A DNA stretch of 64,000 nucleotides from the human T2T-CHM13v2.0 reference genome, Homo sapiens, in NCBI RefSeq assembly GCF_009914755.1, contig NC_060928.1. One strand, written 5' to 3'. How positions within the stretch are numbered: the stretch's first letter is position 1; each line of letters starts with the position of its first letter. The position numbers and the translations under genes are program-made. The notes below the pieces were generated by a model. It worked only from the letters and a program-made list of their open reading frames with translations. It did not search any database and was not told the DNA's origin. This document shows positions 26,880 to 41,885 of the stretch, piece by piece.

Positions 26880-28052
26880 TAGTCGGGCACCCCATAGCAA
26901 TGTTTTCATCAATGATGGATACATATACAACGATCCCATAAGATTATAATGGAGCTGAAAAATTCCTATCTAGTGGTAGTCAGGGTAACATTGTAGCACA
27001 ACACACTACTCACATGTTATGGTGGAGCTGGTATAAAAAAACCTATTGTGCTGCCAGTCATATAAGAGTATATCAGGTACAATTATATACAGTACCTACT
27101 ACTTAATAAAGACAACAAATGACTATGTTACTGTTTTATGTATTTACTATGCTATACTTTTTATCATTACTTTAGAGTACACTTCTACTTGTTAAAAACA
27201 AAAGTTAACTGTAAAACAGCCTCAGGCAGTTCTTCAGAAAGTATTCCAGAAGAAGGTATTCTTATAGGAAATGACATCTCCGTGCATGTTATCCCCACTG
27301 AAGACCTTCCAATGGGACAAGATGTGGAGGTGGATGACAATGATATTGATGATTCTGATCCTATGTAGGCCTAGGCTAATGTGTGTGTTTGTGTCTTAGT
27401 TTTTAACAAAAAAGTGTAGAAAGTTAAAAATAAAAATAATTTTAAAATAGAAAAAAGCTTATAGAATAAGGATACAAAGAAAATATTTTTGTATAGCTGT
27501 ACAAATGTGTTTGTGTTTTACGCTATTATTACAAAAAAGTTAAAAAGTGAAAAAAATACAGTTTGTAAAGTAGAAAAGTTAGAGTAAGCTAAGATTAATT
27601 TATTATTGAAGAAATTTTTAATAAATTTAATGTAGTCTAAGTATACAGTATTTATAAAGTCTACAGTAGTGTATAATAATACCCTGGGCCTTTATATTCA
27701 CTCACCACTGACTCACTGACTCACCCAGAGAAACTTCTAGTCCTGCAAGCTCCATTCATGTTAAGTGCCCTATAGAGGGGCATCATTGTTTCTACCATAT
27801 TTTTACTGTACTTTTTCTATGTTCAGATACACAAATACTTATCATTGTGTTATAATTGCCTATAGTATTGAGTATAGAAACATGTATATAGGTTTGTAGC
27901 CTAGGATCAATAGGCTATACCATATAGCCTAGGTGTATAGTAGGCTGTACCATCTAGGTTCGTAAAGGTACACTCAACGATGTTCACATGATGAGAAAAT
28001 CACCAAATGCATTTCTCAGAACATATCCCTGTCATTAAGTGACACATGACTG
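26880..28052 (+). mobile_element. Tigger3b-like TcMar-Tigger DNA transposon, non-autonomous
   Basis: cccataagattataatggagctgaaaaattcctatc near the start; gcatttctcagaacatatccctgtcattaagtgacacatgactg TIR at the end. Confidence 0.92.
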
Positions 28053-28061
28053 GACAGTCAT

Positions 28062-28150
28062 GTGTATACATATATGGCTATGTGGATATATGTGTGTGTG
28101 TGTGTATATATATATATAAAATTACAAACATATATATATATACACATACA
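28062..28150. repeat. (TG)n/(TA)n low-complexity repeat
   Basis: tgtgtgtgtgtgtgtatatatatatat and flanking TA/CA runs. Confidence 0.85.
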
Positions 28151-28509
28151 TGAAAAATAAACATTAACAGATGAGTTAGAGTCCTGATTTTAAGATTATA
28201 AACACAAATAAGGAAAAAAAATTATCAACTATAATCAAAATATTAACTTTACAAGAAAGCTAATAATACTATTAAACTTTCTCTTTTTTTTGAGATACAG
28301 CAGCTATTTCAGAAAATTTCTTAAAAGATAACTGCTTTTTCAACTGCTCTTAAACCCAGTTTTAAACTCCTCAGTTACCTGAATCAAATATGTAAGTAAT
28401 GTTTGAAACTTGGATTAAGCAGGGCCAAACTTCAGTGAATAGCATCACTTAGTGTATTTTTAAAAGGCATATCAGAAGTCCTGTCTTGTTGGGGGTAGGG
28501 GGGATGCAG

Positions 28510-28530
28510 GTGTGTGTGTGTGTGTGTGTG
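28510..28530. repeat. (TG)n microsatellite
   Basis: Uninterrupted TG run. Confidence 0.95.
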
Positions 28531-29511
28531 TTCATAAAGGTGTTATTTTTAATGATGAAAATGTAGGGCATTGAGAGACATTGTGGAAAATGGCTGTAGG
28601 GATCTAACTGAAAAGATAGGACTTTCAGTTTAAGTTACAGCTGGTGAAACAAAACTTACTTAGATACTGAGATCTTTAGATACTACTTTTTAAATTACTG
28701 ATTTAATTTTAACTTTAAGTGTAAAGTTTGCAAATGCACTAAGAAACAACGGTGAGTGTAAATGTGATAGTAGTCTAAGATAGATGTTGTTGATTTGTAA
28801 TGTTTACTTAAAAGAACTAGTTTTAAAACTGGAAGTACCTATTCATGTGCAAATAACATAATTTGTTGATGTCCCAAATCAGAATTTCTACTCAAAATTA
28901 GAAATAATCTAAGTTAATTTGTGTCTTGAAAGTAATAATATGTCAAATATTTCAAAGATACAATCACTCAAATTAGCTATTTCCATCTACTCTAACAAAG
29001 GGTCTTTAGATTTCAGGAATGACAGAAGTTCTGCTTTATATCTCTTAGTCAACAAGGAGCTACATCAGGACTTCATCAAATAAAATTTAATGAGATTAGC
29101 TCTAGTGTATTATTTTTAAGGGCTAATATTTATAAAAGGTGAATATGAAACTAGATAAAAGATTTTACAAAAAAATGCTTCATCTTTCCTACAACCATAA
29201 AATCTCTGAGTTTATTTGATTTGATGCCAGGTTGTGCTAGGATGCCCAATATATTAATAAAATGAGAAGCCACTGGTAAATAGACATTTGAATACTAATT
29301 TATTATAGTAATTTTAGTAAATTGTCATCTAATAATTATTCCCATAGCCATATTCCTAGCTGGTAATGAATGGGTTAGTCTCTGAACCCAAAGTATCCAT
29401 AATGAGGACTCAGGCCAAACACTGATTGTCATTGCCTCCTCCTTCAGTGTTTTTTTCATTACTAAATGTAATACAAAGTATATAATGAATATTTTCTATA
29501 GCACTCTAAAG

Positions 29512-29725
29512 CAGTGGTCTCCAAACTTTTTCAATTACATGCCCATATCAGCAAAAAGTATTGAGCTTATATCTCTAAACATATTTTATAAAACTATGAA
29601 TTATATATATACTGTCAATCTATCAATTACTAATAAAATATATTCTTTTTTCCATTTTTGATAAACAACCAGAAACTTTAATATTTTTTCTCTTCCTAAT
29701 GAATGCTTTTCCTCACACTTTAGAA
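29512..29725. mobile_element. hAT-Charlie MITE remnant
   Basis: cagtggtctccaaacttttt start, cacactttagaaaa near end; subfamily not resolved. Confidence 0.5.
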
Positions 29726-30274
29726 AATAAACACCATATTGTTTTATTGTGGAGATAATTGTAATAGAGAACCAGAAGGACAGGTTCTAGTTCATAAAAT
29801 CTGATCCATAACTGCAGGACACATACAATCCATTTGGAATTCATGAAAAGAACAATAAAATAGCACACAATAAAAAGTAAAAGATCAAATTGTTTCTTAA
29901 GACTTACAGTGTCACAGAAGTTTAAAGATGTCTAAGGAGTTTTAAAAAGTGTTTATGGGTGAGGTAAGGTTCAAACCGAGTCTTAAATGAGAATAGATAA
30001 AATAAAGGCAGGAGATACATTAAGCTGATTTCACTGAATGGAACATATCTGAATGCATTATTGTAGGATGTACACCAGAAAGGAACATGAGTGAAGAAGA
30101 GAAATGGCAATGGGGGTGGCACATCCGTGGGGCCAATCTGGTGATACAAAAGGGTTAATGACAAACTATTCTGAATTTCTACAGCACCTGCAGGTGGTGC
30201 TGAATACTTTTACAGAAATAAAGTTTCAAAGAACAAGCTGTTTAGTCTTTAATGTTAATTAAAATTAACTGGTG

Positions 30275-30397
30275 ATGTGGTTATAATGCAAATTCTGCTA
30301 GAGTCGATCATGGGTGTGGAATGAGACTAGGGATTTAGAAATGCTCACAGATTATGGCAATACCAATGGTGTATGGACCACATTTTGAGTACCAAGT
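30275..30397. mobile_element. MER5-type hAT-Charlie fragment
   Basis: aatgcaaattctg...ggaccacattttgagtaccaag. Confidence 0.5.
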
Positions 30398-30937
30398 GCC
30401 TAAAGGTCAGAGTCCCCACAGAACTTACTTTGTGACTTTTTATTCTTATATAATTTCCAAATTACAGAAGCATTACAAGAATGGCACAAGGAACTGCCAT
30501 ACATTCTTTATCCAAATTTACTATTATTTAACATAATCTACTTTATAATTTTCTCAATAGATGATTGATGATAGATAGGTGAATGGAATGAGAGACAGAA
30601 ATATGAATAATATTTTGGAACCATTTGAGAATAGATTGAAATATTGTACCTTTTTCTCTTAAAATATTTCAGTGATTTTCCCCCAAAAAGGGCATTCTGT
30701 TACATAACCATAGTACAACGATCAAAATCAGAATGTTTAGCATAGTAGTACGTTTAATATACTATTGTCTAATTCATAGTCCATACACAATTTCATCATA
30801 TATCACAATAATACATTTAATAGCTATTTTTTCCAGGCCAGGATCCAATCTAGTATCATGACTTAAAGTTAGTTGTTATAACTCTTCAGTGTCATTTAAC
30901 CCATAACACAGTTTGTCTTTGTTTATGGCCTCAATAC

Positions 30938-31090
30938 TTTTTTTTTTTTTTTTTTTGAGACAGTCACTCTGTTGCCCAGCCTGGAGTGCAGTGGTGCAAT
31001 CCTGGCTCACTGGTGCAATCCTGGCTCACTGCAGCCTCCGGCTCCCAGGATTCAAGTGATTCTCCTGCCTCGGCCTCCCGTGTAGCTGGC
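30938..31090 (-). mobile_element. Partial Alu (right arm plus tail) with internal 19-bp tandem duplication
   Basis: poly(T)-gagacag...ctggagtgcag; tggtgcaatcctggctcac repeated at 30992-31010 and 31011-31029. Confidence 0.92.
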
Positions 31091-31177
31091 AATATCAATT
31101 AGAATGTGAAATACTGTTTGTGATCATGAGATAGAGAATATTTACATTTTAGAAAGGTTTTTAAGTGTCATGAGAGT

Positions 31178-31775
<598 letters not shown>

Positions 31776-32350
31776 TGCTGACTTGTTTTTGTAGAACTTC
31801 TATCAATTTGGGTTTGTCTGATGCTTCTACATAGTTAAATTCATATGATTCCTTTTTGTCAGGTATATCATGGACATGATGATAAATACTTCCCAGTATA
31901 TCACAGCAGGAAGCACATGATAGCAATGAGACCAATATTGGTAATGTTAACTTTGGTCCCGTGGTTAAGGTGGTTTCTCAATTATCAAGTTAATAATTTT
32001 TCCACTGTAGTTATTAGTCATTTGTGGGGCAATATTTGAGAACATGTAAATTTCCTATTCCTCATCAAACATTCATTCACTAGTTTTAGAATCCATTGAT
32101 AATATTCTAATTCCATAACTCTTTCTACATCATTAGTTGATATTTTACTGTAAAGGGATTCCTTTCTCTCTCAATTGTTTAGTTGTTTATTTATATCAGT
32201 AAGAACTCGTGTATTTTTATTTTATTCAATGGATCATATCCATTATATTATTTGTATTTTAATAATAATTTGTTCCACGTTTGGCCAATGGGAAGCCCTC
32301 CAAGCTGCTCCTTATGACTTTTTAAACGATAATTATTTAACATAGTTGTA

Positions 32351-32647
32351 GGCCAGGCACAGTGGCTCACGTCTGTGATCCCAACACTTTGTGAGGTCGA
32401 AGTGGGAGGATTTCTTGAGCTCAGGTGTTTGAGACCAGCCCTGGCAACATAGCAAATTCCTGTCTCTACAAAAAATTAAAAAACTAGCTAGGCATGTGGC
32501 ATGCGTCTGTAGTCTCAGCTACTTGGGAGCTGAAGTGGGAGGATTGTTTGAGCCCTGGAAGGTCGACACTGCAGTGAGCTGAGATTGCACGAACGCACTC
32601 CAGCCCGGGCAACAGAATGAAATACTTGCCTCAAAAAATAATAATAA
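32351..32647 (+). mobile_element. AluJ
   Basis: Dimeric Alu with J diagnostics (ggaggatt..ttgagc in both arms, caacatagc), heavy CpG decay. Confidence 0.93.
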
Positions 32648-33382
32648 TTTTAAATAAAATAGTTTAAACCTATAAAAAATTGTGATGATAGTGAGAATAC
32701 CCATGTATCCCATATGTAATTTTCCTTTATTAATATCTTACATTAATATGCTACATATGTTAAAATTAAAGAACAATTTACTAAATCCCACAGTTTAAGA
32801 TTTTTTAATAAACATTTACCTAATACTATTTTTTTATTCCAAGATTTTGTCCAGGATATTATATTACATGTAGTCATGACGTCTTCTTGGCTGTGACAGT
32901 TTCTCAGACTTTTCTTGTTTTTGATGATCTTGACAATTTTGAGAAATATTGGTCAGATATTTTGTAGAATATCTATCAATTGGGATTTTTTATCATAATC
33001 TGTCTGGGGTTATGGGTGTTTTAGGAGGGAGATGACAGAGGTAAATGACATTCTTATCATATCACATCAAGGGTATATACTATCAATATGACTTATTATT
33101 GATTACTTTGATTACCTGGCCAAGCTAGAGCTTGTTGTTTTTTTTCTCCTTTTTTATACTAAAGTATTTGGGAAGAAAAGTCTCTGTGTCCAACCCACAC
33201 TTAAGGAAAGGGAAGTAATATGCTACTTCTTTGAGGATGAAGTATGTGCATAAATTATCTGAAATTGTTCCACACAGATTTGTCTATTTGTGCCATTTAT
33301 TTATTTCATCATTTATGTATATCAGCATGAACCTATTTTGTATTTTCAGTTATAATCCAATACTACTACGTATATGACTTAG

Positions 33383-33728
33383 ATTTACTTTAAGTTCTAG
33401 AATACATGTACGGACGTGCTGGTTTGCTACATAGGTAAACATGTGCCACGGTGGTTTGCGGCACCTATCAACCCATCACCTAGGTATTAAGCCCCTCATG
33501 CATTAGCTATTTATTCTGATGCTCTCTTTCCCCTCACCCCTCGCACAGACCTCAGTGTATGTTGTTCCCCTCCCTGTGTCCATGTGTTCTCATTGTTCAG
33601 CTCCCACTTACGAGTGAGAACACGTGGTGTTTGGTTTTCTGTTCCTGTGTTAGTTTGCTGAGGATGATGGCTTCCAGCTTCATCCATGTCCCTGCAAGGG
33701 ACATGATCTCATTCCTTATGGCTGCATA
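33383..33728 (-). mobile_element. L1PA8-10 3' end
   Basis: actttaagttct...cacctaggtattaagccc...catgtgttctcattgttcagctcccactta...tggctgcata. Confidence 0.92.
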
Positions 33729-34184
33729 ACTACTATATTTTATTGTTCAAATTGTTCCAGCTTTGGCCATTGGGAGCTCTTTCAGCTGGCTCCAAATTTC
33801 ATTTTTTAAAATTTTCTCTAAGCTTTATTATTTCTTTCATTATTTTTGTTTGGCTTTAATTTACTCTTCCTAGACTCCAAAGGTGATATTTAGTTTAATA
33901 TTGACTCTAGACCTTTCTTCTTTTGTAATATATGTATTTCATGCTATAACATTATGTATTTTTACATTGAGTTCAAAATATTTTTAATATCTAATTTTTC
34001 TTGAACTCATATGTTACTTCAATGTTTATGGCTTAGTCTCCCAATAGTTTAGAATTTGGAATGGTAGTAGGGGAAGGAGCAAAGACCAAATTAAATGAGT
34101 AGAAAACAGTTACAAATATGGTACATACTAATCCAGCTACATTTGTAATCACTTTATATATGAATAGTCTACATACATTGATTA

Positions 34185-34503
<319 letters not shown>

Positions 34504-36629
34504 TCACAGTGGATTAAGAAACAAAACTGAACTATATCTTTCTGATAATAATTTTTAGTTTCATTTCATCTGGTTGGAAAAAATGTATTTTATATAATTT
34601 TTATTATTTTAAATTTGTTAAGGTGTATTTTCTGGTTCAGAATGTGATCTATCTTGACATATGGTCCAAGTGGACTTCAGAAAATGTGTACTCTGCTCTT
34701 GTTATATGAAGTATTCTATATATGTTGAATAGATTAAGTTGATTGACAGTGCTATTTCAGTTATTTCTATCTTTACTGATTTTCTGCCTGTTTAATCTAT
34801 CAAATATAGACAGAGTTTCCAACTGTAATAGTGGATATATGATTTGTCTATGTCTCTTCTCAGTTCTTGCCTCATTTATTTCAAAGCTTGGTTGTTAGGT
34901 CCACAGATAGTTAGGATTGTTAGATCATCTTGGAAAATGGACTCCTTCATGATTACATAACCTCCCTTTGTATTCTTGATACTCCTCCTTGTTCTTTAGT
35001 CTCATTTGTCTAAAATTGATATAGCTATTTCAGCTTTATTTTTCTTTTTAGTAGTGTTGGCATGGTATACCTTTAACTATCCCTTTACTTTTAATTTAGT
35101 TGAATCTTTATATTTAAAGTGGGTTTCTGGTAGACAAAATATAATTGGGTTTTGTTTTTTAATCCAGTGTCCATCTCTGTAACTGATGTATGTAGACTGT
35201 TCACATAAGTGATTACAAATGTATCTGGATTAGTATGCACCGTATTTGTAACTGTTTTCGATGCATTTAATTTGCTCTTTGTCCCCTCCCCCACCACCAT
35301 TCCCTACCATTTCTATCTTCTCTGGTTTTAATTGAACACTTTATCTAGTGTCTTAGAATATATCAATTATACATTTTTTAAATTTAGTTGTTGCCCTAGA
35401 GTTTGCTATATGCAATATATATATTAAACTTATATAAATCCACATTCAAATAGCACAATAGCACTTTACATATAGTATAAGTATGTTATAACAAAGTATT
35501 CCTAATTTCTCTCTCATGTCTTATGATACTGCTGTTATTTATTTCATTTATCCACATGCTATATTTACTTAATACATTGTTACAAGAAATCCACTATAAT
35601 ACCCTGTTTCTCTATAGGTAAGGTTATTTTTCTTCTGTGGTTTCCTTCAATATTATCTCTTTGTATTTGATTTTCTGCAGTTTGACTACAATATGCCTGA
35701 GTATATTTGAGGGTTTTGTTGATTCTGTTTATATTATGGGAATTGTTCTATTTGGTGTTCTCTGAGCTTCTTGGATCTGTAGTTTGGTGCTTGTTATTAT
35801 TTGTGAAAAGTTCTCAGCCATTGTTATATCAACTACTTTTGTCTAGTTCATTCTTTCTTTCTTCTTCTGGTATTCTAATCACACATATGGTATACATTTT
35901 AAGATTGTCCCTCAGTGTTTGGATGTTATTTTATTTTTGTCTAATTGCATCACAGTTTGGGAAATTTTCATTGACTTATCTTTATCATCATTGATTCCTT
36001 CCTCATCCACGTCAAGTCTGCTAATATTTCCATGAAAGGCATTCTTCATTTCTGTTCACGTGTTTTTTATTTCTAGCTTTTGCCTGCTCAATACGATGTT
36101 GGCTGTGGATTTGCCATAGATTAATTATTTTGGCATATATTCCTTTGATGCCTTTTTCATTAATATTATTTTTCATTGACAAATCATAATTGTATTACAT
36201 TTATGAAGCATGAAAATCAACTAAAAATGTATTAAAGACTTAAACATAAGATTTATAACTAAAACTATTAGAAGAAAACATAAGGGAAAAGCTCCACAAC
36301 ACTGATCTGGGCAAGGATCTAGAGTCCTTGTTTTTGTCTCCCCTTTAATTTTGGGCTTCCTTATGTACTGCTGCTCAGAAAAAGACTGTGTCTTGCAGCT
36401 CTTTCAACTGTAATCCACGGTTACTAGAGCCATTTTAATGTGGTAATAAGACATTGAGGAGGGAAGACATTCTATAATATCCCAGTTAAAGTTCAGTCAT
36501 CCAGTGGGCCTGTATCTTGAGGCTATAATCTTCAGAAGAGTCTCTCCAGTGGTACAGTTTTTTTCTGCTTGCACTGCACTCCCTTCCCTGGTTGTAGTGT
36601 TATCAATCTATTTTTTAAAGCCTAACACC

Positions 36630-36938
<309 letters not shown>

Positions 36939-37289
36939 AAACCTAACACCCTATTGACTATTATCCTTTTTTCTTTTCCCCTGGCGAGACAAGAAGGCTG
37001 GAGGGAATGGGAATATGGAGAAGTTCAGCTGGGAAAAAGTTTCGGTAGTGGACTCTGGCAAAGTCTTTTTCCGAGGACCTTTTCATGAAGAATCCTTTGG
37101 GCATATTTAATGCTGGTTCTTTCCTTCTCCCTGCCAGAGCCATGAGAGGCTCTTTCTCTGATATTCCCCCATGAGCACCTGGCAGTACTGTTTAAAGAGA
37201 AGCCTAGAAAAGTGTGTAGCCTCCAAAAGTTTCTCACTCTCACATTAGTGCACACTCAGCCTCCAGCAGGTCATCAAAATTGCTTCTAC

Positions 37290-37580
37290 AGGTTGCTCAC
37301 AGCTGATTACTGAGCACATTGAGAGGACTGAGGCAGGCCCTTTCTGGCAAGACAGAGAACTGTTCCAAAGAGCAACTTTGGTTCAAGAGCTCTTCATTGG
37401 TCTGGCAAATCTTTCTTGAACTGTATTGTATTACTCTTCTCTCCAGTCCTCTTTCCTGCCTCTCTCTTTCCACAGGTGTTGGGCTTACATCCTCTCTTCT
37501 TGTACCCTCCTTGTTTTGCTCTCTTTCTCAATAAATCTAATCCCACCTTGGATTCTATTTCTCCAAGACCCAAACTAATG
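37290..37580 (+). mobile_element. ERVL-class LTR 3' part
   Basis: tttccacaggtgtt...caataaatct...ttctccaagacccaaactaa resembles ERVL LTR ends; family unresolved. Confidence 0.4.
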
Positions 37581-37599
37581 CCAAAGTGTGTTAAAATCT

Positions 37600-38545
37600 A
37601 ATAATAATGGTGAATTTGTCTTTATTTCCCTTTGTCAGCTTTGCTTTATGTATTCTGAGTCTTTGTTAGGAAATACACATTTATGTCATTCTGACATTAA
37701 GTGATAGAATGTATTTTATATTTACCATTTAATGTTCTTCATTCCTTCCTATAGATATGAATTTCCATCTAGTGTGATTTTCCTTCAGCCTCAAGAAGTT
37801 TTTTTTGGCATTTATTGCAAGACAGGTCTACTAGTGATGAATTTCCTGTTTTCCTTTGTCTGAAAATGTTTTTACTCCACCTTCTTTTGTTAAGGATATT
37901 TTCACTGGGAATACAATTGTATGCTGACTCTTCTTTTTTATTTTTTCTCTTAACATTTTAAACACATTTCTCCATTGTCTTTTGGTGTCATTATTTCTGT
38001 TGAGAAGTCAGCCATCATTCATATTACCAGCCTCTATATAAAATTTGTCATTTTTCTCTGGTTGTTTTCAATATGGGTTTCTGGCAGCTGGACCATGTGG
38101 GGTTTTAATTTATATATAGGTTAGTGCTTGCTTAACTTTAAGACTCTGTAAGACATTTTCCTCCAAATTTGGAGATGTTTCAGTTATTATGTATTCAAAT
38201 ATTATTTTTGCTCCTATCTTTTTTTTCCTTTCTCTCTCTCTGCTCAGCTTCTAGTACTCTAATTGCACATATTAGAATACCTCCTATTGTTCCATAGGTG
38301 ATAAGGTTCTGTTCATTATTTTCAATTTTTGTTTCTCAGATTGGACAATTTCTTTCGATGTATCTCAGTGTTCACTGAATCTTTTTTCTGCTGTTTCCAA
38401 TATCCTCCTAAGCCTTCCATTACAATTTGTAATCTCAGTTACTGAACTTTTCAGTTCCAAAATTTCCATTTGGTTCTTATTTATAGTCTTCATTCTTGGC
38501 TGTGATGTCCTACCTGTCTGTTAAATATGACTATAATTGTTTTAT
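37600..38545 (-). mobile_element. L1ME-type ORF1/5' fragment
   Basis: ggtctactagtgatgaattt...aaggatattttcactgg...tttctgttgagaagtcagc...ttttcagttccaaaatttccatttggttctt. Confidence 0.7.
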
Positions 38546-39199
38546 TATTGAATATATTAAAGGCATACCACACACTGTTTTGATATACATGTACTAGTGA
38601 AATGATTACCGGAGTTAAACAAATTAATAATCTCATTAAAGTCTTTGTTTCCTAAATACCCTTTGTGACATCTTGGAGTTGATTTATATGAAGTGCTTCT
38701 CACCCAATGCACCATCTTATCTTCAAAGGCTGGCTTCCCTCTAGCTTCAGTCTTCAAATACTTGTTACTAGTGATTTAAGGTTTACCCAGAATTTATAAT
38801 TGTTATCTATGCCACGGCTAGTTCAGTACAAGCTGCTCTGCCATGATCAAAAGCTGAATTACCTCAATATATTTTGGAAGTGATTATGTGTGTTCATTTT
38901 AGTAGGTATCAAGCAAGACCAGAATGTGTCCTGGGAAGTCTAGTTTTATTAGTGCTAATATAATATCAGTATGCATACAGGTATATTATTTTTAAAAGTA
39001 TGTATTTTGGGATACACAGTGTAGCACATTGGATAAAAATAGCTGCAGATTAATCCTGCACTCAGGGTTTATATTCTGTATACACTCACTAGTAAGTTTC
39101 TACCAATTATTTATAGCCAGTGTGTCCATTCTAATTTCTTAGTGTCTGTGCTGTAGCAGTTGTTAAATATTTTTAAAATTGTCCTTTTCCATATCCACT

Positions 39200-39605
39200 G
39201 TCAAATCACTTTCCTTTTGCTAGCATCTATTTCTAAGTTCTAAGAGGGGCCATGTGTCACATTTCTGGCCATGAGATGTAAGCAGAAGCTAGAGGAAGAT
39301 TTCAGGAGAAAGTTTGCTTCCTGATAAAAGCAACACACATGACTTTTCTAACCTTTCCACCTTATTCTTTTGTTAAATACTGGCATTATGTTCTGAGCTA
39401 CTGAAACCATCTTAAGTACATGAAGCAAAGAGTAAATGAATCTCAGTGATGCTAGATCTGACACCAATGAGCTTTCAAATCAATGTCAACTGCTACTCTT
39501 CTCTAGACTTCTTGTTAGGTTAAAAGATAAATACTCCCTTCTTTATTTAGCTTACTATTCACTAGATATTCAGCTACTGGCAAACGAATGCATTTCTAAC
39601 TGATA
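39200..39605 (+). mobile_element. MLT1K/L-type MaLR LTR
   Basis: ggccatgtgtcacatttctggccatgagatgtaagcagaag...ctagacttcttgtta...gcatttctaactgata. Confidence 0.7.
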
Positions 39606-41759
39606 TGGTACCAATGGGGTTGTTATGTATATCATGTGTGGTAGTGTGTATAAAATGCTTAACTGAAAATCTAACAACTAGCAAGAAACCAATAAATGTA
39701 ACTATAATTTTACGTACTTACTTATAAGCTAATTTCCTTCTAACATTATTTGAGATGGTATATGTGAACACATATACAATTCAACAGGAAAAAATAAAAT
39801 CAAAAGAAAAGAAAAGGTTAAAAAGTAAAATAGAGTTACAAAACATAAGCCACAAAATGCATTCCTAAGGCATATAATTGCTACAGATAGTTTCCAAATT
39901 TGGTTTGAATTTCCTAGTAAATAAGAAAAAAAAAGGAAATAGTTCAACTGTTTTTCTTCAAGGTCAAGTAACAATGTAAAAGAGGAATTAGAACTTGGAG
40001 ATACTACATTTTCAAGATATAGCCTAAGGTCTGAGCTACTGCCCACTGCCTCAGGTTAATGGGCCTCAATAGAATACACAGATTTTACATGACACTTGTA
40101 TCTCACACCTCGTAGAGAAGGAGAGAATTCACTATAATAAAAGCAAGTTTCCTTATAGTGAAAAATAAATATTCTGCTCCAAGCTGAAAACCAAAAATTA
40201 TCTTAAAAGTTGCCTACCAGAATAATTTTCTGCAATGATTATTTCCTTAGACATTTATCTTAGCATCCACAGAAAATTACAGCCTGGACAGTTTCTGAAA
40301 AACTCTATCACAACCAACTCCTTTTATTTCAAAATCTATTTATAACTTTTAATAACTTTGCAATAATCAAGAAAATCAACAATCATGTAAGAAATAGAGA
40401 AATACTCACGCATAATAAATGCCCAAACATTAACGCAGTCTTTTAGAGACAGAAAGATGGGGGTGGGGGGAGAGAGGGAGGAGAGGGACAGGGGAAAGAT
40501 AAGGGGGTGGGGGAGAGAGAGAGAACTCTTAAGAGAAGCAATAATATTTTCTCTGTTGGTAAACTCTCTATTTATTGTGAAGAGTACATTATCTATCAAG
40601 GAGTTGTAATAAGTCTAGAAACAGAAAATGTGCTTTAGGAAAATGATAACCTCTTTTCTTAAAAGAGTCTCAAAAATAAGAGAGTACCTGATTTTCTAAC
40701 ACCTTCCAAAAGAAAATTTCAACATTACTCTTAAAAATTTTGGCTGATTTCTTATAGTAAAAAAGTCCTCAAAGCAGGGAGATCTGAAAGTTTGTGACTA
40801 TTTATTAGTTCAAGCTAACTGTGAACAAGAAAATGTTGGATATCACATCTTTTGAGGAGAAAAGTAGAGGGAAATGAAAGTTAGGACAAAGGTTCATAGG
40901 GAAAAGAAAAAACTGGATCTGATCTTTGGTCCTGGACTTTTTCCTCTCCAAGTGAGTGGATAGTAAAGATTCAAAGTTAAGCTTGTAAAAATTGGCATGC
41001 CCATTACATAGAGGCTAGATGCCCAAGGTCCCGCTTCCCAGACACCTTGAAAAATTTGCCAAGATAGAGATAGCATAGCTTAAATGATGGGTTTCATCTA
41101 AGTTTTCAAAAACATTTTCCTAAAAATTATTCTATTAGGGGATTATTTTTTGAGTATAGAGGTATATTTGAATAAATAAATGAAACAGACATCAATTTAT
41201 TCTGATTCAAGGTTGCTTCAGTGTGTAATGGTAAGTTCTATGGAGAGAGTTTAAATCCTCACAAGTTTTCAAACATAATTTGGAAGCCATCTTCTTTCAC
41301 TTCTTCTAATTCATGAGGTCAGGACTCTGAGTGTAGAGACCATTTGGTTTTCCTGAAGCCATGCTGTGAGAACAAGAAATGGTCATGTTTAGTTATCACG
41401 ACCTCCTGCAGAGGAGATGGGCAACCTTGAACTCTGGTGTCAGCTGCTCCAGACACACTTTGCTCAGTTTTATGAATGGACGCAGTAACTAAAAAGCATC
41501 CTAATCTGCTAATTATTTGTAAACCATTTTACATCCACTCTGTTCCCAATTTAGGTTTTGAAGCACTTCTGTAGTCACTGAAATTCTGTAGTTCACCCTG
41601 CAGTGATATATTTTTTTCACCTTCAAAGAATATAAGGAGTGTTTCAGCCTACATTTTAAATATGAAGAAGCAAATGTGTGAAATGAGGAAATAAAAATGC
41701 ACTGAAGTTTTTTTTAGAACATATACTTATACACTTTCAAAGCATGTGTATTTTAACAA

Positions 41760-41885
41760 GCAGAATGTAAGCCCCATGAGAATACAGCCCTTGCCTATCT
41801 TATTCATCAATATAGCCCAATAGTTCTATCAGTGTCTGGCATATAGTAGGCACTCAATAAATACGTCTTGACTAAATAAATATAT
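41760..41885 (+). mobile_element. L2 3' end
   Basis: agaatgtaagccccatgag...cagtgtctggcatatagtaggcactcaataaata. Confidence 0.8.
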
